From Gemmatimonadales bacterium (GTDB taxonomy: Bacteria > Gemmatimonadota > Gemmatimonadetes > Gemmatimonadales > GWC2-71-9): 64,000 nucleotides of DNA. The translations under genes were made by a program, and so were the position numbers. The stretch lies in NCBI GenBank assembly GCA_041615815.1, contig JBFJCP010000009.1, forward strand, positions 1 through 64,000, given 5' to 3'. Within the stretch, counting starts at the first letter, position 1, and each line of letters begins with the position of its first letter. Shown one piece after another: positions 34,557 through 42,368 of this stretch. The notes beneath the pieces were generated by a model. The model saw only the letters and a program-made list of their open reading frames with translations, was not told the origin of the DNA and did not search any database.

Positions 34557-35969
34557 ATGACCCAACCGAAGCTGATTCTCCTCGAGTTCAACGAGCTCAC
34601 ACCCAAGCTGTTGGACCGATTCATTGCGCAGGGAGCGCTCCCCAACTTCAAGCGCTTCTTCGACCAGGCCCATGTCTACACAACCGACGCCGAGGAGTCT
34701 GGTGAGCGTCTCAACCCCTGGATCCAATGGGTCACCGTGCATAGCGGGCTCTCGTACGACGAGCACGGCGTGTTCCATCTCAACGAAGGACACAAACTCA
34801 CGGAGCCGTGCATCTGGGACGTATGCTCAGCCAACGGACAGCGGGTCTGGGTGTGTGGCAGCATGAACGTCCGCTACGACACGCCACTCAACGGGTATGT
34901 GCTGCCGGATCCGTGGACGGTCAACATGGAGCCGTACCCCAAAGGCGAAGGACTCGAGGACTACTACCGTTTCGTCCAGACCCAGGTTCAGGAACACACG
35001 AACGACCGGGTCCCACTCTCCAAGGGCGATTACGCACGGTTCCTGAAGTTCATGGTTCAGCACGGTCTCTCGGTCCACACAACGTCTGCGATCGTTCGCC
35101 AATTGGCCGCCGAGCGTTTGAAAGGCGACGGCAAGTGGAAACGAGCCGTGATTCTCGACAAGCTGCAGTACGACGTGTTCCGCTCCCTCTACCGGAAGTG
35201 TCAGCCCCACTTCTCCACCTTCTTCTTGAACAGCACCGCGCACATGCAGCACGCCTACTGGCGACACATGGAGCCCGATCCCTTCCAGGTCAAACCCTCC
35301 ACCAAAGAGCAGATGACATATGGCGATGCGGTGCTCTTTGGCTATCGGGAGATGGACACATTGGTAGGGAAGTTTCTCGATCTGGCTGGAGCCGATACCA
35401 CGCTGGTCTTCTCGACCGCGCTGTCGCAGCAGCCGTGCCTCACCTACGAGGAGGCGGGCGGCAAACGCTTCTATCGCCCCAAGGACTTCGATGCGGTCGT
35501 CCGGTTCACTGGCGTGGAGGAGCACCTCCGGTGCTCACCGGTCATGTCTGAGCAGTTCCACGTGTACTTCGGGTCGGCTGAGGCCGCGGACGCCGCCGAG
35601 CCGCACCTTCGCGCCTTGAAGGTGAACGGCAGACCTCTCCTCCGCGTGGACCGCGAGGAGCCCACGGCCATTTTCTCCGGTGCCAGCATCTTCGACGAGT
35701 TACCGGCCGACTCTGTGCTGACCTCCGGGACGGGCGCCGAAGCGCCGTTCTTCGACCTCTTCTATCAGGCCGACACCTTGAAAAGCGGCATGCACCACCC
35801 CGATGGTGCCCTCTGGATCCGAACCCCCGCTCGGCAGCACCGCGTGCACCCGGACCGAGTGAGCCTTCGAACGGTGGCGCCGACCATTCTCATGTTGATG
35901 GACCTCAAGCCGCCCGATTCCATGTCGGCGGAGCCGCTGGAGATCGCGCTCGAACCGGTGGCGGCCTAA
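34557..35969 (+). CDS. Alkaline phosphatase / nucleotide pyrophosphatase superfamily protein
   Basis: LILLEFNE, G.LPNF..F, PWIQWVTVHSG (nucleophile region), H.QH.YW, SGMHHPDG, VAPTIL. Confidence 0.7.
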   Translation: MTQPKLILLEFNELTPKLLDRFIAQGALPNFKRFFDQAHVYTTDAEESGERLNPWIQWVTVHSGLSYDEHGVFHLNEGHKLTEPCIWDVCSANGQRVWVCGSMNVRYDTPLNGYVLPDPWTVNMEPYPKGEGLEDYYRFVQTQVQEHTNDRVPLSKGDYARFLKFMVQHGLSVHTTSAIVRQLAAERLKGDGKWKRAVILDKLQYDVFRSLYRKCQPHFSTFFLNSTAHMQHAYWRHMEPDPFQVKPSTKEQMTYGDAVLFGYREMDTLVGKFLDLAGADTTLVFSTALSQQPCLTYEEAGGKRFYRPKDFDAVVRFTGVEEHLRCSPVMSEQFHVYFGSAEAADAAEPHLRALKVNGRPLLRVDREEPTAIFSGASIFDELPADSVLTSGTGAEAPFFDLFYQADTLKSGMHHPDGALWIRTPARQHRVHPDRVSLRTVAPTILMLMDLKPPDSMSAEPLEIALEPVAA

Positions 35970-37345
35970 GCGTGGGGGAGAGGCTCAGCCTCTCCCTTGT
36001 CGCTCCGGGCTTGTGCTTTGAGCGTCGCCCACCAGGTCAGCCGTTTCGCCACCTCGCGTTCGAAGCCCACATCCGCGGGGTCATACCACCGAACACCGCG
36101 CAACACGTCTGGTAGGTACTCCTGGCCGGCCGCAAACGTTTCGTCTTCCGCGTGGTCGTACCGATAGCCTGCACCGTAGCCGAGACGTCTCATCAACGAG
36201 GTGGGGGCGTTGCGGATGTGCATCGGGACTCCCTCACCGGGATGCTCCGCCGCCGCCTCGAGCGCCCTGCCCCACGCTTGGTAGACGCGATTCGATTTGG
36301 GCGCCGTGGCCAGGTACACCGCCGCCTCCGCAATCGCCAGCTCCCCTTCCGGGGACCCCAAGAAATGATAGGCCTCCTTCGCCGCAATCGTGATGGACAG
36401 GGCACGAGGATCGGCGAGCCCCACGTCTTCCACGGCGATACGAATCAGGCGTCGAGCGAGGTAGAGCGGATCCTCCCCAGCGCTCACCATTCGAGCGATC
36501 CAGTACAGCGCGCCTTCCACATCCGAACCGCGAATCGCTTTGTGCACGGCGGAGATCAGGTTGTAATGCTCGTCACCGGCCTTGTCGTACCGCGGAAGAC
36601 GGCGAGCGAGCACCGCCTCCACCGTCTCTGGTGCCACGGCGGACGGCGACGAGCCTGGTTGACGGGTGACGTGATCGAGTAGTGCCTCGACGGCGTTGAG
36701 GATCCGGCGGGCATCACCATCCGCGTGTCGTACCAAAAGCTCGATGGCACCAGTGGCGAGACCGCGGGGCGGCGCGGACCCTTGGCGCCCCGCATGCCAC
36801 ATCCGAATGCCACGCTCGACGATCTCCCGCAGGTTCTCCTCATTCAATGGCTCCAGCACGAATACCTGCAACCGAGATAACAGCGCCCCCGTCAGCTCGA
36901 AGCTCGGGTTCTGGGTGGTCGCCCCAATGAGCGTAATGGTTCCTTGCTCCACCCACGGCAGAAACGCATCCTGTTGTGCCCTGTTGAACCGATGAATCTC
37001 GTCGCAGAAGAGGATCGTGCCGCGCCCTTCATATCGCCGTCGCGCTTCCGCCTCACGAATGATCTCCCGTACCCGCGGAACCCCCTCGGTCACCGCGCTA
37101 AACGGCTCGAACTGTCGATCCGTATAATTGGCTATCAGGCGGGCCAGGGTCGTCTTTCCCGAGCCTGGTGGCCCCCAAAAGACCATGCTGCCAACCTCAC
37201 CGCTCCGTATCGCCTCACGCAGTGGTTTTCCCTCTCCCAGGAGTTGCTCTTGTCCGAGAAACTCCTCGAGCGAGCGGGGACGGAGGCGCGATGCCAGAGG
37301 CTCGTGCGCATGGCCTTCGGGTTCAAATAGGGTTGGTTCGGACAT
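35966..37345 (-). CDS. rarA: Replication-associated recombination protein A (MgsA)
   Basis: PLA.RLRP, WGPPGSGKTT, DEIHRFN.AQQD, HYNLISA.HK.IRGSD. Confidence 0.96.
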   Translation of the reverse strand: MSEPTLFEPEGHAHEPLASRLRPRSLEEFLGQEQLLGEGKPLREAIRSGEVGSMVFWGPPGSGKTTLARLIANYTDRQFEPFSAVTEGVPRVREIIREAEARRRYEGRGTILFCDEIHRFNRAQQDAFLPWVEQGTITLIGATTQNPSFELTGALLSRLQVFVLEPLNEENLREIVERGIRMWHAGRQGSAPPRGLATGAIELLVRHADGDARRILNAVEALLDHVTRQPGSSPSAVAPETVEAVLARRLPRYDKAGDEHYNLISAVHKAIRGSDVEGALYWIARMVSAGEDPLYLARRLIRIAVEDVGLADPRALSITIAAKEAYHFLGSPEGELAIAEAAVYLATAPKSNRVYQAWGRALEAAAEHPGEGVPMHIRNAPTSLMRRLGYGAGYRYDHAEDETFAAGQEYLPDVLRGVRWYDPADVGFEREVAKRLTWWATLKAQARSDKGEAEPLPHA

Positions 37346-37366
37346 AGGTGATGCCGCCAGCGACGC

Positions 37367-38086
37367 CTAGATCCCGGTCATCTGTAGGAGTTGTCTGGCC
37401 GCGAAGAAAGCGGCCGCGCCAGCAAAGAAAGCCATCGGCAGCCGCCAACCACTCTTTCCCTGGAATTCCGGGACCAGGTTGGAGGCTCCCACGTAGATCG
37501 TGACGCCCGCTGCGAGTGCCAGGCCGTGCACGGCGAGAAACTCAACCACGTTCGTCGCCAGCACGCCGGCAATCGTGGCCATACCCAAAAGTGCCGCGCT
37601 TGCCACCGCGCTTCGTGCCCGAACCCCGCTCGCCATCTGTAAGCTCGAGATAGTGACACCCTCCGGCAGCTTGTGGAGGAAGATCGCCAGAAAGAGGAGG
37701 AGACCGAGTTCTTGACTCACCGCGAACCCACTCACGATGGCAACCCCATCGAAGAAGGTGTGGAGCAACAGACCAATCAATGCCGATACACCCGCCACTT
37801 TCCGGACTTTGTGCGTCTCTTCTCCGAAATGGAAATGCTCTGTGGCCGTGTGTTGGGTCAGATGCACCAGGAGGTATCCGGCCAGGACAAACATGGCCGC
37901 CGAGCTTCCCCCGCGTGCAAACGCCTCAGGGAGCACCTCCACAAAGGCTACGGAGAGCATGAACCCTGCGCCAAATGCCACGAATCCCGAGATGATGGCG
38001 AGCCCCAACCGGGCGCCGCGGGCGACGACGATTCCACCCGCGACGTTCCCCATCGCCGCTAGTACGGCGTACACCAGCGGGGTCAC
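37367..38086 (-). CDS. ZIP family metal transporter
   Basis: HFHFGEETH, LHTFFDG, LHKLPEG. Confidence 0.9.
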   Translation of the reverse strand: MTPLVYAVLAAMGNVAGGIVVARGARLGLAIISGFVAFGAGFMLSVAFVEVLPEAFARGGSSAAMFVLAGYLLVHLTQHTATEHFHFGEETHKVRKVAGVSALIGLLLHTFFDGVAIVSGFAVSQELGLLLFLAIFLHKLPEGVTISSLQMASGVRARSAVASAALLGMATIAGVLATNVVEFLAVHGLALAAGVTIYVGASNLVPEFQGKSGWRLPMAFFAGAAAFFAARQLLQMTGI

Positions 38087-39315
38087 TCCCGCTGCTCCGT
38101 TGCGTTTCGTGCAGGCCGCTCGGACGTTGAGGGTACCTGGTGCCGCACGCGTTCCATGAGCGACGAGCGCTCGTTCAACTCGGGGCGCTCGAGGACGACG
38201 TGGAGGAGATCTTGTAGCAACTGACCCACAATGGGGCCTTCAGGGACCCCCGCCGCAATGAGGTCGCGCCCGTTCACGGCCAAGTCCCCAACGGCCAGCG
38301 CTGCCCCGGACGCCCGAACGCGCGCTACCGTGTTCGCCAAGTCCTCGTTCCCACGTTCCGCGGTGGCGATGGCCAGAAGGTCATCAGCCGCAGGCCCCAC
38401 GGCAGCGAGCCACCGTCTCACCGCGACCTCGTCAGCGGCCGGTGGCACCGCTCCACGCCCGTGCGCAATGCGTCGGCCGCGCTCGATCTCCGCGTTGGAG
38501 CACTTGAGACGGCGGAGGCTCGCCTCTGGATCCTGGGAAAGAAAGCTCGTGATGAGCACGGGATCCGCCTCGGGGAACCGATCGATGGCGGCGATCTCCT
38601 GCGTGGACGACGCGATGTCCGGAAGCCACAAGGCCGCTGCACCGATCTCAACCCACGACGTCACCAGCGCCGACGGCTGCCGAGCGGATTCCAACCCCTT
38701 GAACCACTCGTCTCGAACGCGTTCCGCCGACAGATGCTGGAGACCGGGAACGGCCGTTTGGGCTGCGGTCCAGGTTTCCGGCGCGATGGCAAACCCGAAG
38801 CGAACGGCGAAGCGCAGCGCGCGCAGAATACGGAGATAGTCCTCACGGAAGCGAAGCGTGGGATCGCCCACCGCCCGGACGAGCTGTCGCGTGAGATCAC
38901 CCGCGCCGTCGAACGGATCGCGCCATTCGTGACGCAAGGGGTGATACGCGATGGCGTTGATCGTGAAATCGCGTCGGGCGAGATCCTCGTCGAGGCTGAC
39001 GCCGAATTCCACCTGTGCATGTCGACCATCCGTCTTGACGTCTCGGCGAAACGTCGTCACTTCATGGGGGCGCCCGTGCGAGTCGAGCACCGCCACCGTT
39101 CCGTGCTCCACCCCCACCGGAATCGATCGGTGGAAGAGCTTGCGAATGGCGTCCGGCGGTGCACCGGTTGCCAGATCGAAGTCCTTATTCGGGTAACCCA
39201 GCAGGTTGTCCCGGATTGCCCCGCCCACGCACCAAGCCTCGAACCCGGCAGTCTCGAGCCGTTGCGCAATACGGACGACCTCGTCGGGTATGTCCAGTCG
39301 CGGTGGAAAGTGCAC
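38083..39315 (-). CDS. cca: CCA-adding tRNA nucleotidyltransferase (class II)
   Basis: VGGAIRD, DFDLAT, EVTTFR, RRDFTINA, EDYLRILRA.RF, SAERV. Confidence 0.88.
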   Translation of the reverse strand: MHFPPRLDIPDEVVRIAQRLETAGFEAWCVGGAIRDNLLGYPNKDFDLATGAPPDAIRKLFHRSIPVGVEHGTVAVLDSHGRPHEVTTFRRDVKTDGRHAQVEFGVSLDEDLARRDFTINAIAYHPLRHEWRDPFDGAGDLTRQLVRAVGDPTLRFREDYLRILRALRFAVRFGFAIAPETWTAAQTAVPGLQHLSAERVRDEWFKGLESARQPSALVTSWVEIGAAALWLPDIASSTQEIAAIDRFPEADPVLITSFLSQDPEASLRRLKCSNAEIERGRRIAHGRGAVPPAADEVAVRRWLAAVGPAADDLLAIATAERGNEDLANTVARVRASGAALAVGDLAVNGRDLIAAGVPEGPIVGQLLQDLLHVVLERPELNERSSLMERVRHQVPSTSERPARNATEQRE

Positions 39316-39350
39316 GGTCGGAAGATACCGGGTGGCGGAACGGGACGGCC

Positions 39351-40370
39351 CTACGCTGGCGCCTGGTGACACGCACCGACCGTCAACCACTCGAGGAATC
39401 GTGGAATGCCCTCCTCCAATCTAACCGTGGGTTGGTAGCCCAACAGGGCGCGAGCCTTGGTCAAATCCGCCAACGTGCGGCGCATATCGCCGCGATGCGG
39501 CGGGAGGACCTGAATCGCCGGCTCAACCCCCAGGGCATCCGCCAAGAGCTCGATGACCGTGGCGACCGACGTGGTGCAGCCACCACCCAGGTTGATGATC
39601 TCGTACGCTCTCGGTTCGGCTAACGCCCAACGCACGGCGGCTACTGTGCCGGCAGCAATGTCATCGACCCAGGTGTAGTCCCGCTCCGCTCGGCCGTCCC
39701 CGTACACGGGAATCGAACGTCCCGCGAGCAACCGCGTCGCAAACTTATGGATGACGAGATCCGGTCGTTGCCGCGGTCCATACACGCTGAAATACCGCAA
39801 TGCGACTACGGTCATCCCGTGCGCGCGGTGGTATTCGTGCCCCAAGATCTCCGCCGCGTGTTTGGTCGCGGCATAGGGCGAGCGGGGATGCCGCGGCGTC
39901 TCGTGTTCCCGAAAGGCCCGCGCGGGCCCACCACCATATACGGAAGACGACGAGCCGAGGAGGACGCGGTCGATACTCCTCCGACGGGCCAGCTCGAGGA
40001 CGGCTTGCGTGCCGACCACGTTGACGCGGGCAAACTCTGCGCGCTGCCCCACCGATGCGCGCACGCCCACCTTAGCAGCGAGATGGACGACCGCCTGGAT
40101 CGTGAGGTCGCCCAGTGCTCGATCCATGTCGCCCAGCGAGACACAATCGACTTCTCGGAACGAAAAGCCGCGTCGCCCGAGCAGGCCAACGAGATTCCGG
40201 TGCTTGAGAACCGGGGCGTAGTACGGATCGAAGTTGTCGACGCCAATGACCTCGAACCCGACGTCCACGAGCCGCTCCGCCACGTGGCTACCCACGAATC
40301 CAGCAGCCCCCGTCACGAGTACCCGTTTCCCGGCACCGTCCTTGTGAGGGTCTTCGGACCTCAGCCGCAC
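39351..40370 (-). CDS. NAD-dependent epimerase/dehydratase (UDP-glucuronate 4-epimerase-like)
   Basis: VTGAAGFVG, HLAA.VGVR.S, SSSSVYG, YAATK, VYGPRQRPDL. Confidence 0.9.
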   Translation of the reverse strand: MRLRSEDPHKDGAGKRVLVTGAAGFVGSHVAERLVDVGFEVIGVDNFDPYYAPVLKHRNLVGLLGRRGFSFREVDCVSLGDMDRALGDLTIQAVVHLAAKVGVRASVGQRAEFARVNVVGTQAVLELARRRSIDRVLLGSSSSVYGGGPARAFREHETPRHPRSPYAATKHAAEILGHEYHRAHGMTVVALRYFSVYGPRQRPDLVIHKFATRLLAGRSIPVYGDGRAERDYTWVDDIAAGTVAAVRWALAEPRAYEIINLGGGCTTSVATVIELLADALGVEPAIQVLPPHRGDMRRTLADLTKARALLGYQPTVRLEEGIPRFLEWLTVGACHQAPA

Positions 40371-41200
40371 AGCACGCTCCCGCCGTTCACGTTCAGGATC
40401 TCTCCCGTGATATGGCGGGCAAGTGGTGAGAGCAAAAACACGATCGGCCCGGCAACGTCTTCGGCCGTCGCAACCCGTCCCAACGGGATGGACTGCTCAA
40501 TGCGACCGCGACCCTTTCCCCCGTCCTGTCCGTACGGATCCCTAGCCATCTCCGTATCGACCCAACCCGGTGCCACCCCGTTCACCGTGACGTGGGGAGC
40601 CGCTTCCACCGCCACCGACTTCACAAACGCCATGATGGCCCCCTTGGACGCCGCATAATCCGCGTGATAGGCCTCGCCGCGTTGGCCCGCCGTGCTCGAC
40701 ACGAGGACGATCCGACCACCAGGCTGCAGCCGGCGCAGCGCCGCGCGAGTCCCGAAAAACACCGAGTCGAGATTCACGGCCAACGTCTCCCGCCACTGAG
40801 CCTCGGTCATCTCCGTGATCCCCACATCTGTGGGCGGCCAGATGCCCGCATTGGCCACGAACATGTCGAGACGCCCAAACCGCTGAACGGCTTCTTCCAC
40901 GACGCGCTCGCAATCGCTGCGCCGGGAGAGGTCGGCCTGCACGGCGCACGCCTGCCCTCCATCGCGTGCCACGGCAGCCTCCACCCGCTCGGCCTCCTGC
41001 TGTCGCACGCGATACGTGAACATTACGGCCGCGCCCATTCGCGCCAGGAGGGACGCCGTGGCGGCCCCGATCCCACGGGAGCCCCCCGTCACGAGGGCTA
41101 CCTGACCGCGCAGATCGATGAGTCCCGTCGGAGGCGTGCTAGACGACGGGCTGGCGGCCGCCTGCCGGGCATCCGAGGTGCTGTTCCCGACGTCAGCCAC
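40361..41200 (-). CDS. Classical SDR oxidoreductase (FabG-like)
   Basis: TGGSRGIG, NAG, YAASK, VAPGWVDT. Confidence 0.9.
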   Translation of the reverse strand: MADVGNSTSDARQAAASPSSSTPPTGLIDLRGQVALVTGGSRGIGAATASLLARMGAAVMFTYRVRQQEAERVEAAVARDGGQACAVQADLSRRSDCERVVEEAVQRFGRLDMFVANAGIWPPTDVGITEMTEAQWRETLAVNLDSVFFGTRAALRRLQPGGRIVLVSSTAGQRGEAYHADYAASKGAIMAFVKSVAVEAAPHVTVNGVAPGWVDTEMARDPYGQDGGKGRGRIEQSIPLGRVATAEDVAGPIVFLLSPLARHITGEILNVNGGSVLCG

Positions 41201-41957
41201 CGACGAATCGTTTCAGGCGGTCCAACCAGCCCTCCTCCAACGGGACGGGGTCCACGGGATCCATGGGGCGGTCTTCGATCACCGCCTTCGGGTTGTCCGT
41301 CGTAAGGCGGCGTGCAGTGTCCGCAGCACCCGCTTGCGTGAGGTATTCGAACCCAGTAACGATCGCGCGCCGATCCCCGTGGTTATCCGCGGCTAGGACA
41401 TCCGCGAGTCCCGCGGCGAGCATCTGGCGCGCACGCTTGCCGCGGTCTGTGGCCTTCGTGAGCGTCGTTGCGTCCACCTGCATCCGCGCTCCCACCGATC
41501 GCCACTCGGCGATCACGTCGACCCGGCACATGCGGTATCGCTCGGGATGTGCCACCAGAGGCACCACGCCGGCCTCCACGATTTGCTCCAACACCCTCGT
41601 GGCCGCATCCGCTACGACGGTCGTGGGGAACTCCACCAGATAGTACCGCGAGCCCGCCAGCGCATATCGCCGGTCGCGCAATGCCACCGCCGGCATGGGC
41701 TCGTCGAGCATGATCTCGAAGCCCTGATGCAGTATCGGGGGATTGGGCGCCTCCGGGCCCAGAATCGCCAACGTTTCCTCCCGCTGCGCCACCATGTCGT
41801 CACCGTGCTGCACGATCTCGCTGGCCCGAAGGTGAGGGGTCAACACGACGTGCTGGACGCCGGCCTCGGCGAATCGCCGGAGGGCGGTGACGGACTGCTC
41901 GACAGATCGGGATCCGTCATCGATGTTCGGGAGCAGGTGGGAGTGCAGATCGATCAT
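41193..41957 (-). CDS. CpsB/CapC family PHP tyrosine-protein phosphatase
   Basis: IDLHSHLLP..DDGS, TPH, AHPERY, DNH. Confidence 0.9.
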   Translation of the reverse strand: MIDLHSHLLPNIDDGSRSVEQSVTALRRFAEAGVQHVVLTPHLRASEIVQHGDDMVAQREETLAILGPEAPNPPILHQGFEIMLDEPMPAVALRDRRYALAGSRYYLVEFPTTVVADAATRVLEQIVEAGVVPLVAHPERYRMCRVDVIAEWRSVGARMQVDATTLTKATDRGKRARQMLAAGLADVLAADNHGDRRAIVTGFEYLTQAGAADTARRLTTDNPKAVIEDRPMDPVDPVPLEEGWLDRLKRFVGG

Positions 41958-42090
41958 GTGCCCAGCCCTACTCCTTCATCCCACTGCAGAAGATGCCACC
42001 CAGCGTCGCCACTGTGTGAAAACCGGCACCGGCTCCGTCGACCGCCTCCCGTCCAACCTGTCCCTCGGACTCCCCATGGCACTGTACCGC

Positions 42091-42330
42091 TCACCGAAGG
42101 TCTCGCAACGCCGCGGGATCCTCCTCCGCCAGCGCCTCACACGCGAGCGTGATGACGGCATCAGCGGCCAAGACGGTCAACGCGGTCTCTCGTGTTTGTC
42201 GTTCGCTCTTGGCCTCCTCGATGAGCGCCTCCGCCAAGCGCGCCAACCCGGCGGGAAGGGCACACGACTCGAGCCCGCGCTCCTCGCGCGCAGCCGTTAC
42301 CGCTATGCGCTCTCGCAGCGATTCCGGCAC
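42091..42330 (-). CDS. Small hypothetical protein downstream of alaS (true start may be CTG 42372)
   Basis: Helical, ALTVLAADAVITLACE; sits directly behind alaS on the operon strand. Confidence 0.55.
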   Translation of the reverse strand: MPESLRERIAVTAAREERGLESCALPAGLARLAEALIEEAKSERQTRETALTVLAADAVITLACEALAEEDPAALRDLR

Positions 42331-42368
42331 TCCCTCGTAGTGCGACGCTAACCACCGCCCGATGTCGA

